Source: an uncultured Candidatus Rokubacteria bacterium
Lineage (GTDB): Bacteria > Methylomirabilota > Methylomirabilia > Rokubacteriales > DASRDR01
Assembly (NCBI GenBank): GCA_963805625.1
Contig: CAWDVE010000016.1
Coordinates: forward strand, 288,001-352,000
Direction: 5' to 3'
DNA length: 64,000 nucleotides
The notes under the pieces were generated by a model. That model did no database searches, was not told the DNA's origin, and saw only the letters and a program-made list of their open reading frames with translations. The stretch's first letter is position 1; each line of letters starts with the position of its first letter. Shown piece after piece: positions 50,100 through 60,511 of the stretch. Made by a program: the position numbers and the translations under genes.

Positions 50100-53000
50100 A
50101 TGATCACCGAACGACGCGTTCGCATGAGCACGAGGAAACTCGGGCGGGCGCTGGTGGCGATGCTCCTGTGCTCCGTCGCGAACGCGGCGGATGCCCAGTT
50201 GCGCACCAAACCATCCGGTGGCGTCGTGCAGCCGGCTCCGCGGAATCCGGCCGTCGACGTGCGGCAGCCCGCCGCGAAGGTGTTGCCGCCCCCGGCGCCG
50301 GTACGGCTTCTCTCGACCGCCGATCCCAAGGTGTGCTTCGACCACACGAGCGGCAACGTGTTCGGGGGTGCCCTCTTCTGCGAGGAGCTCGTCAAGATCG
50401 GGAGCCCCATTCTCGTGTGGGACTGGAAGGCGAGCGCCGACGCGCCGAAGGCCGACGGCTTTCGCATCTACGAGGTGCCGGACCCGACGATCAGGACGGA
50501 TCCCAGGACCGGCCTCGTCACCGCGCCCAAATCTTCGGCGGTCGTCGCTGGCGCGAAGCCCGCCGGCAAGCTCGTCGACGCGCAGGCGGATCCCAGCTGG
50601 ACGATGCGCGCCCTCGCCAAGCGGCCGGGCGGCTACGACGGGCGCTGCTTCGTGGTCGCCGCGCACTACGGCAGCCTCGAGTCCGACTACAGCAACGTCG
50701 TCTGCATCCGCGCCGACGAGCAATGCCAGCTCGACCCGGAGGTCGAGACGAGGAAGCGCACCTATCAGCTCGACTCGATCGAAGGGAAGACCGCGAGGTC
50801 GACCGACCGGAAGACCGGGACGATGAAGCCCGTCGAGGCGGCCCGCACGCTCGCCCACCTCGCGCATCGGCGATTTCCGTGGAGCGTTGGCTCGCCGGAC
50901 CAGCAATGGTGGAGAGAGCGCCTCAAGCTGGACGACGACGACATGGTGAACGTGAGGAAGGACGCGGACATGGGCGCGAACGTGCGCATCCGTCTCCTCT
51001 ACCTCCACTTCGATGATCCGGAGCTGCCGGCAGAGATCCGCGCGAAGGTCGAGGAGGCCTTCCTCAGGTTCCGGTACTGGATCAACGAGCCGAAGAGCGG
51101 AGAGGCGAACCACGTCAAGGGCATGAACCTCTGGTCCGAGAACCATCAGATCCTGCACGCCTCGGTAGAATACCTGGCCGGCCAGTACTTCGCCGATCGG
51201 TGCGCCGACGCCGTCAAATGCCTCGAGGTGAGCGTCAACCCGAACGTCCTGCAGATGAGTCCGGACGCCGCCGCGAAGTTCGTGCAGCCGTACCGGCGAC
51301 TGAATCCCGACGGAACGACGGCGACGACTCGAGTGGGATCCGCGCGGGGAACGAGGGAGCTCTCCCGGGTGCGCTTCGAGGACGGCATGACGGGTCGGGA
51401 GCACATGGCGGCGGCGAGACCGCGGATTCTCCGCTGGCTGGACGAGCGCTTCCGCTTCGGTTTCAGCGAGTGGAACGCGCCGAACTACCTAGAGTACGAC
51501 CTCATGGCGCTCATCAACCTCGTCGACTTCGCCGAGGACAAGGAGATTCGCACCCGCGCGGCGATCGTGCTCGATCTGCTGGTCTTCGACTTCGCGCGCT
51601 TCAATCAGCATGGAAGCTTCGGTGTCACCGCGGGACGCGCTCACGGCGCCCACAAGATGTCGGGGTGGCAGCAGGGCGTGGGCGATGCGATCGAGATCCT
51701 CTTCGGCGCGCGCACGAACTGCACGTCGGCGCGACCGCTCGATGCGCGTGGCTGCTTCGTGGAGCCCGACCAGGTGTCGGCGCACGCGCTCGCCTCGTCG
51801 AGGCGGTATTGCGTGCCGAGGGTCCTGAAGGCCATCGGCCGCGAGAAGGACGGGCACTGGGTCGAGCGCTACCGCACGTCGATCGACTTCGACGAGGGCC
51901 CTCGCGAGGGCATCGGATTCGCCGACTTCGACGACGCGGTCTCGTGGTGGAGCCGAGGCGCCTTCGTCGCGAAGCCGGTGACGAAGCTCACGCGGCGCAT
52001 GATGGAGCAATACCAGCTCCAGCAGTCGGATCCGTTCCCGACGCTCCTAAAGCCGCCGACGAGCCTCGCGCTCGGGATCGAGGAGGTCGCCGACTGGGTG
52101 TCCGTGCAAACAGAAGGGCTCGCGCTCACGCGGGCAAACATCGAGGTGTACCGGAATCCGGACGTCATGCTCTCGAGCGTGCAGAACCGGAAGCCGGGCC
52201 AGGCTGGCTTCCAGACGAATCCGTGGCAGGCGACGTTCGATCCGAACGCCACCGTCTTCACGACCTTTCCTACCGCGGCCGACTCGAAAGAGGACTCGGG
52301 CAGCTGGTGGACCGGGAACGCCGTCAACCCGATGGTGATCCAGTTCGAGAACACGGCGATCATCGCGTACGACATGAAGTTCCTCTCGCTCGCACACTTC
52401 CGTCACGCGGCCCGCACCCACGCGTGGTTTCCGAAGTACGCGTTCGACGAGACGGACGTGAAGTCGGCGAAGGGCTGCGATTGCAAGTTCGAGGGTCACC
52501 AGATCCCGAAGCAGACCGTCATCGGCACCGCCAAGGGCGCCGCGGTCGGCTGTCTCGTGAAGGGCGTGTTCGGCTGGTTCACGGGCGGACCGGTCGGCGC
52601 GGCGCAGGGGTGCGCGGTGGCGGCCGGGGGCAGTGCCCTCACCGGCGGGGTGGTGGACACCGTCCACGAGACGGCGGAGTCGGTCGGTCGCCTGGCGAGC
52701 GGCGAGTGTGACTGCAGTCGCGGGAGGTGGTTTTTCGGCCGGAAGGGCAAGGGCTACATCGGGCTCTATTCCGCGCAGCAGTGCGTGTGGAATCAGGACG
52801 ACGATCCTCCGGCGGAAGTCGCCAAGCAGCTGATCGTGCAGAAGACGGGCGATCTCGAGAACGAGATCCGGTGCGACGGCCACAAGCGAAACATCTGGAT
52901 CGCCCAGGTCGGTAACGAGGCGCAGTTCGGCTCGTTCGCCGCGTTCAAGGACCGAGTGGCGAACGCCCGGATCCATCTGAACGGCCTCAACTGGGAGCCG

Positions 53001-53261
53001 GCGGACCTCCATTGCAGCTACGACGTGCCCGACGGCCGTCGGCTGGTGCTCACCTATGGTGGTAGCGACAAGCGGATCGGGGTGGCGGGTGACCTCCGCC
53101 TGGACGGGCCGGAGCTCTACGAGAACCGCTTCGACGGTCCGTACGCGCAGGCGAAGTGGGGCGACAAGCAATACACGATCCGGCACCGCGGCATGGAGCT
53201 CACGCTGTCCGCGCGAGACGCGAAGACGTGGCTGCGGTACGGCGACGGCGTGACGCGCTGA
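50100..53261 (+). CDS. Large secreted hypothetical protein, possibly heparinase II/III-like fold
   Basis: Signal peptide; FRYWINEP, WSENHQIL, GFSEWNAPNY, LINLVDFAED; aromatic beta-rich C-terminal half. Confidence 0.65.
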   Translation: MITERRVRMSTRKLGRALVAMLLCSVANAADAQLRTKPSGGVVQPAPRNPAVDVRQPAAKVLPPPAPVRLLSTADPKVCFDHTSGNVFGGALFCEELVKIGSPILVWDWKASADAPKADGFRIYEVPDPTIRTDPRTGLVTAPKSSAVVAGAKPAGKLVDAQADPSWTMRALAKRPGGYDGRCFVVAAHYGSLESDYSNVVCIRADEQCQLDPEVETRKRTYQLDSIEGKTARSTDRKTGTMKPVEAARTLAHLAHRRFPWSVGSPDQQWWRERLKLDDDDMVNVRKDADMGANVRIRLLYLHFDDPELPAEIRAKVEEAFLRFRYWINEPKSGEANHVKGMNLWSENHQILHASVEYLAGQYFADRCADAVKCLEVSVNPNVLQMSPDAAAKFVQPYRRLNPDGTTATTRVGSARGTRELSRVRFEDGMTGREHMAAARPRILRWLDERFRFGFSEWNAPNYLEYDLMALINLVDFAEDKEIRTRAAIVLDLLVFDFARFNQHGSFGVTAGRAHGAHKMSGWQQGVGDAIEILFGARTNCTSARPLDARGCFVEPDQVSAHALASSRRYCVPRVLKAIGREKDGHWVERYRTSIDFDEGPREGIGFADFDDAVSWWSRGAFVAKPVTKLTRRMMEQYQLQQSDPFPTLLKPPTSLALGIEEVADWVSVQTEGLALTRANIEVYRNPDVMLSSVQNRKPGQAGFQTNPWQATFDPNATVFTTFPTAADSKEDSGSWWTGNAVNPMVIQFENTAIIAYDMKFLSLAHFRHAARTHAWFPKYAFDETDVKSAKGCDCKFEGHQIPKQTVIGTAKGAAVGCLVKGVFGWFTGGPVGAAQGCAVAAGGSALTGGVVDTVHETAESVGRLASGECDCSRGRWFFGRKGKGYIGLYSAQQCVWNQDDDPPAEVAKQLIVQKTGDLENEIRCDGHKRNIWIAQVGNEAQFGSFAAFKDRVANARIHLNGLNWEPADLHCSYDVPDGRRLVLTYGGSDKRIGVAGDLRLDGPELYENRFDGPYAQAKWGDKQYTIRHRGMELTLSARDAKTWLRYGDGVTR

Positions 53262-53273
53262 CGCTCGGAGCGC

Positions 53274-53335
53274 CCGGGCTCCGCCAGAGCTGGCGGGTCG
53301 CGCGAACGCAGGGCGAGCCCGCCAGCGGAGCTCGG
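53274..53335. terminator. GC-rich hairpin after the large gene
   Basis: CCGGGCTCCGC/GCGGAGCTCGG and GCTGGCGGGTCGC/GCGAGCCCGCCAGC; no U-tract. Confidence 0.35.
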
Positions 53336-53499
53336 CGGGAAGGCGAGAGTCGCTGCTTAGGCGGGCGGCACCGGTTAGTGCCCGCGCCCGCCTGGGGCCT
53401 CTGTTCGGCGTAGCCCGTGCGCGCCGCGGTGCGCACGGGCTGGGGGCCGAGCTGATCGAGGGGTGGCCTCGGGCCGGATTCTAAGGACGCCGGCGTGGT

Positions 53500-53640
53500 C
53501 CCGGGGGGCCTCCTTCAGCAGTTCGAACCGCTTGCCGCCGAACTCGGGGCGGGTGTTTGCCGTTAGCCCGGTCACGTTGCCGGGGGGTGCGCCGGGGTCG
53601 CTTGAGGCCCGGCACCGGCTGCCCACGCTTCACGGCCAGC
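53500..53640 (-). pseudogene. ABC_sub_bind internal fragment
   Basis: PPGNVTGLT..PEFGGKRFELLKEA. Confidence 0.65.
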
Positions 53641-53780
53641 GGGAGCACGCGCTGGCGGGCAGCTTGATGGCGTGCGGCCCGGGCCTCAAAGGATCTGTTC
53701 AGGCGCAGCGCGAACGCAGAGCATGCGCACCGAGGACGGCCGCGACGCGCGTGCGAGCGCCGCGGCCGTCCAAGCCGACT

Positions 53781-54464
53781 CTAGCCCTGCACCTTCAGGT
53801 TGTTGACGATCTTGCAAACGCCCTCGACCTGACGGGTGAGCTCGGTCGCGCGCTGCTTCGTCTGCTCGCTGTCCACGTTGCCGGTGAGCTCGACGATGCC
53901 TCCGTTCGTATCGACGTTGACCTTGACGAGGGTCGCGGCCTTCTCGCGGGCGAGCTTGGACTTCACGCTCGCCGTGATCGTGTCGTCGTCGTGCCACGCC
54001 GTCCGGGTCTTGCTGCCCCAGTCGCGGTCGCTCGGCTCGGGCCACTTGTCCTTCGTGAAGCTCGGCGCTCGCTCGAGCGTTTCCTTGCTGACGTCCAGGT
54101 ACGCCGTCTTGTGCTCCCTGTCGACCACGACGGCGTCCCACGGCACGGCGTAGAGCTTGTCACCCACGCCCAGGAGCCCACCGAAGGACACGACGGCGTA
54201 CGCGACGTGGCCGCGGGCGTCCATCAGCAGGTCCTCGATCTTCCCGGCATCCTTGTCGGCCACATCCTTGACGGAGAGCCCCACAACCTCGCTGGCTCTC
54301 GCGAGGCCGGTGTGCTCCGCGAACTGCTTCGTGCTGGAGATGGTCTCGGGCTTCTTCGCGACGGGCTTCGTCGCGGCCGCCGTGGGCTTGGCCGGCGTGG
54401 CGGTCGAGGTCCCAGAAGCCGAGCTGTTGAGTCCGGGCTGCGGGCTGGCGTTCGGGACCGGCAC
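53781..54464 (-). CDS. PRC-barrel + BON domain protein (possibly 5'-truncated)
   Basis: RASEVVG..GKIEDL..YAVVSFGGLLG..AVPW; DDTITASVKSKL..VNVDTNGGIVELTG. Confidence 0.8.
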   Translation of the reverse strand: MPVPNASPQPGLNSSASGTSTATPAKPTAAATKPVAKKPETISSTKQFAEHTGLARASEVVGLSVKDVADKDAGKIEDLLMDARGHVAYAVVSFGGLLGVGDKLYAVPWDAVVVDREHKTAYLDVSKETLERAPSFTKDKWPEPSDRDWGSKTRTAWHDDDTITASVKSKLAREKAATLVKVNVDTNGGIVELTGNVDSEQTKQRATELTRQVEGVCKIVNNLKVQG

Positions 54465-54556
54465 TGTGCCCGGTGACTACGCCGATCGGGCACTCGGCGC
54501 CCACGAGAGGGGACGCCGATCGCGATCTGGACAGCCCTCAGCACAGGAGAACGTCT

Positions 54557-55003
54557 ATGCGCCGGCTGATCTGGGTGATGTGCTCGCTGATCCTCGGGAC
54601 CGCGCTCCTTCCGGCTTTCGCGCAGCCGGCCGATGACGCCAAGCGGCTGCACGGGACGTGGACGGCCACACAGGCGGAGCGGGACGGCAAGGCCGCCGAG
54701 GACGCCCTCGGACATCGGCTGTCCTTCACCGGCAGCCGCTTCCAGATCCGGTCCAAGGACGGCAAGGTCCTCTACGCCGGAACGGTCCGGGTGGACGCCA
54801 GCGCGAAGCCGGCGGCCATCGACTTCGCGCACACGGAAGGGGACCTGAAGGGGAAGTCGTGGAAGGGGATCTATGCCCTCGATGGCGACACGCTGAAGAT
54901 CTGCGACAACGCGCCGAACCTCGACAAGAGCCGACCGACCGCGCTCGAGGCGAAGAGCGGGTCCGGCTACGTCCTCGTCACCTTCAAGCGCGCCAAATCC
55001 TGA
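54557..55003 (+). CDS. TIGR03067-like secreted protein
   Basis: Signal peptide; LHGTW, KPAAIDF, GIYALDGDTLKIC, RPT. Confidence 0.8.
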   Translation: MRRLIWVMCSLILGTALLPAFAQPADDAKRLHGTWTATQAERDGKAAEDALGHRLSFTGSRFQIRSKDGKVLYAGTVRVDASAKPAAIDFAHTEGDLKGKSWKGIYALDGDTLKICDNAPNLDKSRPTALEAKSGSGYVLVTFKRAKS

Positions 55004-55096
55004 CCTGCGCTTCTCCGGGCCGGAGTCCCAGCGACATCGGCGCCTTCGAGCGAGAGCGGCCCTGAGGCGGGCGAGGGGAGACGACGGAGCTCCCGC

Positions 55097-56200
55097 TCAG
55101 CCGTCGACGAACTTCGGCGAGATCTTCCTCAGCCGGGCCGGGTCGGTCCGGCCGCTGCGCTGGATGTAGCTCCAGGCGAGCTCGCGCGGCCCGAGCTTCA
55201 TGTGCTCGGGGAAGCGCTCGTACCACTCGCCGCTGGCATCGGCGGCCGCCACCAGCTTCTCGACGATCGGCCGGCGGGCCGCCTCGTATGCCGCCAACGC
55301 CTCTGATATCTCGCTCCCGTGCTCGGCCAGGGCTCGCGCCAGGGCAATGGCGTCCTCCATCGCCAGGCGCGTGCCTGAGCCGATCGAGAAGTGCGCGGTG
55401 CGCAGGGCGTCGCCGATGAGCACCACGTTGCCCGCCGACCAGCGCGCGTTCCTCACGCTCGGGAAGTTGCGCCACACGGACTTGTTCGAGACGAGACGGT
55501 GGCCTTCCAATGTCCTTTCGAAGACGCGCTCGCAGTAGGCCAGCGTGTCCTGCTCGCCCATCGAGGCCAACCCAGCTCTCCGCCAGGTCGCCGCGTCGCA
55601 CTCGACGACGATGGTGCTCATCGCCGGCGAATGCCGGTAGTGATGCGCGTTGAAGGTGCCGTGCTCGTTCTCGACGAACGTCTGCGTGAGCGTCGGGAAG
55701 ATCTTCGTCGTGCCGTACCAGGCGAACCGGTTGCCGAGCGTCCGTACGGTCGTGCCGAAATCGGCCGTCCCGCGGACGTAGGAGTTCACGCCGTCGGCCG
55801 CGACGACCAGGTCGTAGCCGTCCAGCTCGCTCCGGCTGGAGATCCGGTGCTGGAATTCCGGGTGCAGCCCCACGCTCGCCAGGCGCTGCTGCATCAGCCG
55901 CAGGAAGGCGAGGCGGCCGATCGCGGAGAAGCCGATGCGGTCGATCGCCACCGGCGTGCCGCGGTGGACCACGGTCAGATCGGTCCAGACTTCCATCTGC
56001 GGCGTGATGGCGTCGTAGGTGTCGGGGTCGTCGGCGCGCAGGAACTTGAGCGCCTTGTCCGAGAACACCACGCCGAAGCCGAAGGTCGAGTCCGCCGCGT
56101 TCTGCTCGACGACGCGCAACTCGCAGCCCGGATTGATCTTCCTGAGCAGGTAGGCGAGGTAGAGCCCGGCTGGTCCCGCGCCGACCACCAGGACCTTCAT
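55097..56200 (-). CDS. FAD-dependent monooxygenase (anthraniloyl/salicyloyl-CoA monooxygenase N-domain-like)
   Basis: GAGPAG, TFGFGVVFS, ADGVNS, GDALRTAHFSIGSGTRLAMED. Confidence 0.88.
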   Translation of the reverse strand: MKVLVVGAGPAGLYLAYLLRKINPGCELRVVEQNAADSTFGFGVVFSDKALKFLRADDPDTYDAITPQMEVWTDLTVVHRGTPVAIDRIGFSAIGRLAFLRLMQQRLASVGLHPEFQHRISSRSELDGYDLVVAADGVNSYVRGTADFGTTVRTLGNRFAWYGTTKIFPTLTQTFVENEHGTFNAHHYRHSPAMSTIVVECDAATWRRAGLASMGEQDTLAYCERVFERTLEGHRLVSNKSVWRNFPSVRNARWSAGNVVLIGDALRTAHFSIGSGTRLAMEDAIALARALAEHGSEISEALAAYEAARRPIVEKLVAAADASGEWYERFPEHMKLGPRELAWSYIQRSGRTDPARLRKISPKFVDG

Positions 56201-56824
56201 CTCATCTCACGCGCAGACCGTGGGATCGCTCGTCAGGGCTCGCGACCGGTCGACCAGGACCGTCTCGATCGTCCTGGAGTGTCGCTGACCGGGCCGACCG
56301 CTGGCAAGAGGCTCCCCGAGCTGACGCTCGTCCCCCGATGGCACGCGAGCCCGAATTGAGGTACAAAATCCCCGGAAGTCGAATCGCGGGTCGTTGGCGA
56401 GCGCGTGCAGGCGCGGGAGGGCGCGGCGTGGACTGAGCGAGCGGCCGAAGCACCGGGAGTCTGGATCACTCCGGGCACGCTTCTCGACGCGAAGGGAGCG
56501 GGACATGGAAGCACTTCGCACTGAGCGTTCCGGAGCGACGGCGCCGGCATGGGCATGGCCCTGTGCTGTCCCACCTGTGATACCCCGCTCGACAATGTCC
56601 ATCTGGGTGGCCTGAGGGTCGACCAGGATGGGGATCGCGTGCTCATCCGTCGCGGTCGCGGACGTGTGGCCTCCGGGTGTGGTCGTTGAGACATACCCCG
56701 ACAGGTCGTCTTCAGGTGCTGAGAGACACTGAAGGCGTAATCTCGATCGAGATCGCCGGCCGCGGCCGCGCCCGACGTGAAGATCGACGTGCTGGCGGTG
56801 CCGGCCTGCGCTGTCGCCGGACAA

Positions 56825-58072
56825 CTACCCGAAGGGGTAGTCTGCGCAATGAGAGGCGTTGATCTCGGCGACCGACCCACACCCCAGCTGCCGCATCGTG
56901 TGCTCGAGGTCGTCTCTCAAGATGGCGAAGGCTCGTCGCACACCCGCTTCACCGCCGGCTCCCAGGCCGTAGGCGTAGGCGCGACCGACCTGGACCGCTT
57001 TGGCCCCTGAAGCCAACGCCACAACCACGTCGCTCCCCGAGCGGATGCCGCCGTCCATGAGAATGTCCATCCCGCAGTCCTTCATGGCCGGCGCGACTCG
57101 CCTGAGAACGTGGAGTGTGGGCAGAACTCGATCGAGCTGCCGTCCGCCGTGATTGGAGATCACGATGGCCTGCGCTCCATGGTCCTGGGCACGCCGAGCG
57201 TCCTCGAGGTTGTGCACCCCCTTGACGACGATCGGCCCACCCCATGCCGCCCGAATCCAGGAGATGTCATCCCACGTCACGGCCGACTGCTGCAGCTGCC
57301 TGCCGATGTCAGCGTAGGGCATCGGCGCTCCATCCTGGAGCTCGATGTTGGGGAATTGCATCAACCCGCCATCCGCGTAGAAGCTCGTCAGCCATGACAG
57401 ATGTCGCATCATCATCGGCACAAACTTCGCCTTCTGCCACGCGCTGCCGCTGATGAGCTGCGACGAGCCGTTGCGCTGGTCTCGCAATCGCACGCCGGCC
57501 ACTGGTGTGTCGATGGTCAGGACGAGGGCGTCGTAGCCGGCCGCCTTGGCTCGCGTGATCGCCCGTTCGGCGACGTCCCGACCGCCCACCAGGTAGAGCT
57601 GAAACCAACACGGCCCCGACGAGGCGACTCGCACCTCTTCGAGAGCGGTGCCGGTGAGGGTCGAGAGGCAATAGATCGTTCCGGCGTCTCCGACGGCCCG
57701 TGCCGCAACCGCTTCTCCACGCGGCCACAATGTTCTGAGACTTCCCACCGGTGCAGCGACAACCGGCATGCTGATCGTGTGTCCGAGAAGGGTCGTGGCG
57801 AGATCGATCTCGGCATGCTTCACGCCGTAACGAGGGTTGAAGCGGGCCCGCGCGAACGCCTCTACGTTGTCACGCATCGTCTGCTCGCTGCCCGCCCCTC
57901 CGAGGAAGTAGTCCGTCACGACCGGCGGGACCCGATGCTCCATCAGCTGGCGCAGATCGTCGATTGTGAGACACTGCGAGACGGCTTCGGCCCAGCGCGG
58001 CATGTCACCGGCGTGGCGCTGTTCCAGGAACCGTCGAAGCAGTTCCGTTCTGCCGCGCGGCTCGGGAGGCAT
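56825..58072 (-). CDS. FMN-dependent alpha-hydroxy acid oxidase/dehydrogenase
   Basis: WFQLY, TIDTP, VVKG, SNHGGRQLD, DGGIRSGSD. Confidence 0.92.
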   Translation of the reverse strand: MPPEPRGRTELLRRFLEQRHAGDMPRWAEAVSQCLTIDDLRQLMEHRVPPVVTDYFLGGAGSEQTMRDNVEAFARARFNPRYGVKHAEIDLATTLLGHTISMPVVAAPVGSLRTLWPRGEAVAARAVGDAGTIYCLSTLTGTALEEVRVASSGPCWFQLYLVGGRDVAERAITRAKAAGYDALVLTIDTPVAGVRLRDQRNGSSQLISGSAWQKAKFVPMMMRHLSWLTSFYADGGLMQFPNIELQDGAPMPYADIGRQLQQSAVTWDDISWIRAAWGGPIVVKGVHNLEDARRAQDHGAQAIVISNHGGRQLDRVLPTLHVLRRVAPAMKDCGMDILMDGGIRSGSDVVVALASGAKAVQVGRAYAYGLGAGGEAGVRRAFAILRDDLEHTMRQLGCGSVAEINASHCADYPFG

Positions 58073-58078
58073 CTGAGC

Positions 58079-58405
58079 TCAGCTTCGCCGCCTGGCGGTC
58101 AGAAAACTCCACCGGGTGATCGCCGCGCGATACCGACCGGCATTCTCGTGCGTGGCCGCCAGTTGGAGAGCCCGAGAATGACAGGGATCAAGACGAACGG
58201 CCTCTTTGTACTCGGAGAGGGCGTCATCGAACTGGTCGCGGTGGTAGTAGACGTCCCCAAGTCTGTCCTGGGCATGGGCGTGGCCGGGATTCCCGGGCGA
58301 GATCTCGGAGCCGCAATTCGAACAGGCCAGGGCGAGCCGGACGCCGCACTCCTCGCAGAACCACAGGTTGTCGGGATTCTTCGCCTGACACCACGGGCAC
58401 CGCAT
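58079..58405 (-). pseudogene. Double zinc ribbon fused to a TPR fragment
   Basis: MRCPWC..FCEECG..CSNCG, then AHAQDRLGDVYY..EAVRLDP. Confidence 0.55.
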
Positions 58406-58523
58406 GGTGACCCTCCAGCCAAAGAGGCCGGTGACTGAGGAGACAGTGCCGCCAGCCTAATCGGGGCGTCCGGGAAGATCAAGGCGGGCGATGGACGACA
58501 GGTCTCCGGCCAGTCGCGTCACC

Positions 58524-59553
58524 TATCCTTCGCCAGAACCTCATCCGACTCGGTTGACGACGGCCGACGCTCTCGTGAGAGGCGAAGGAACGCCAGGAGA
58601 GCCTGGACAGGGGTGGGAAGCAGGGCAGTCAGGAGTCGGGCCCGCTACGGAATGAGGTGGGGTGGGGTGGAGTGTGGACTGGGATCGCGAGCGGCCTGAC
58701 GGCAGGAAGGTCCCGGGCGTGACGGCTGGTGGGGGCTGACTCAGGCCGCTCGCCGGACGTAGCGATGATGCAGACACCGACTTCGGGACTCGAAACCACC
58801 GTGCCCATCGCCGGGCGCTCGATGGGCCTGGCGTCCGGCGGATCCTTCTCCAGTGAGAGGTGAGCTCGAACGCCATGTGATAATAGGCGAAGTAGCGGGT
58901 CAAGACTTGGCGGAGATGCCTCTCGCTGAGCACGAGGACATGGTCTAGACACTCGCGCCGGACCGAGCCGATGAGCCGCTCCGCGAAGGGGTTCTGCCAC
59001 GGACTCTGGGGCGCGGTCAGTACCTCCCGGATGCCCCTGTCCTTCACTGGGTGCCGAAACGCGTGACCGTAGTTCGTGTCGCGATCGCGGAGGAGGTAGG
59101 ACGGCCCGGTGTCGTCCGGGAACGCCTCCACGATCTGCTGGGCGGTCCAGGGCCGTGGTGGGATGCTCGGTGACGTTGACGTGGACCACCCGTCGCCGAT
59201 GGTGGGCGAGCACGACGAGGACGAACAGCACGCGCAAGTGCGCGGTGGGCACCGTGAAGAAGTCGATGGAGACGAGGTCCCGGACGTGGGTGGTGAGGAA
59301 CGTGCGCCAGGTCTGCAACGGCGAGGGGCGCCGCGTTGGCATCAGCCGGGAGACGGTGCGCTCGGCCACGTCGATACGGTGAGCTGCTGGCGCAGGGCGA
59401 GGGTCTCGAGGGCGAGCTGCCGGTGGCCGCCGCAGAGGAACAGAAGAGTCGGAGCAGGTGGAGCAGCGTGCTGATCATGAGACAGCAATTGTCTCCGGAT
59501 CAGAGCCGAGAGATCAACCACTTGGCCAGCGGATGGAGTTTTGGCGAAGGACA
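58524..59553 (-). mobile_element. IS481-like element with both terminal inverted repeats, internally deleted
   Basis: Ends TATCCTTCGCCAGAACCTCATCC / GGATGGAGTTTTGGCGAAGGACA; SPWQNPFAERLIGSVRRECLDH; lacks 293 bp present at 29102-29394. Confidence 0.9.
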
Positions 59554-59767
59554 CCCCTCTACTTGCGGCGTTGACCGCGTATTCACCTTGTGGGGCAGCG
59601 TATGCCACCACGTCGAGTGGGGGTCAGCCACTTCATCCAATCTACCTCGCCCGCTCGATCCAGCCAGGCGGGGACGGGCTCGCGCGGCGACGTGGCCATG
59701 ACGCGAGGCCAAGCGTAGCACCCCGCGGGTTGATCGGCGGCCCTGGGGTGGCGTAGGATCGCGCCGA

Positions 59768-60301
59768 ATGACCTCGCGACGCACCCCTCGGCCGAGTCCG
59801 GCCGCGCTCGCCACCTGGCGGCGTCGCGCCGTCCTCCGGATGACCCGCTCGCGGAGCGAGACGCTGGCGTTGATCCGCCGGCTCCCCGCGGACGCGCTCC
59901 GACGGCCGCGGACGCAGGGTGCCTGGTCCATCCGAGACGTTCTCGTCCACATCGCGGCGTGGGAAATCGAGGGGGCACGGCGTCTGGCGCTGATCGCCCG
60001 GGATCGCGGCGAGGACATCGTCTGGTATGACACGAAGGCGGAGCTCGACGGGTTCAACGCGCGGGTGGTCCGCTCCGCGCGCCGCCTGCGCCCCGCCGCG
60101 GTTCTCCGTCGCCTCGCGGCTGCGCGCGCGCGGCTCCTGGCCGGGCTCCGCGGGCTGCCGCCGTCCGCCCTCGCCGACCCTGGCCACGCGCTTCCCGTGA
60201 CCCGCTGGCTCCGGGAGTTCGCCTGGACCCACGAGCGCGAGCATCGGCGCGCGATCCGAGCCTGGGCGCGCGCCCACCGCGTCATGGTGCGCGGGGCATG
60301 A
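59768..60301 (+). CDS. DinB family protein
   Basis: WSIRDVLVHIAAWE, HEREH. Confidence 0.82.
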   Translation: MTSRRTPRPSPAALATWRRRAVLRMTRSRSETLALIRRLPADALRRPRTQGAWSIRDVLVHIAAWEIEGARRLALIARDRGEDIVWYDTKAELDGFNARVVRSARRLRPAAVLRRLAAARARLLAGLRGLPPSALADPGHALPVTRWLREFAWTHEREHRRAIRAWARAHRVMVRGA

Positions 60302-60337
60302 CGGTCGACCCCTTCTTTATGAAAGAGAAGTCGATCC

Positions 60338-60457
60338 CTATGGGCGGCGGGCCCCGCCAGTTCCTCGCACGACCGCGAGGCACGCCGCGGCACCCTCGTC
60401 CGTGAGAGGGGTCTCGAGGCCGTCCGGGAATGTGCGCTCGACGACGTAGCGCGGCAT
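60338..60457 (-). pseudogene. DUF4242-like N-terminal fragment
   Basis: AAGGAGGT RBS; MPRYVVERTFPDGL..DEGAAACLAVV, then a premature end. Confidence 0.55.
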
Positions 60458-60511
60458 CAAGACCTCCTTGGGTGGAAGCGGGGCGACCGGGCCTGCCCCT
60501 CGGTCACTTCT

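Noticed and set aside
56207-56880. ORFs between the monooxygenase and the hydroxy-acid oxidase
   Set aside because: Only a short protein-like stretch (CCPTCDTPLDNVHLGG) with no assignable family; too weak to call
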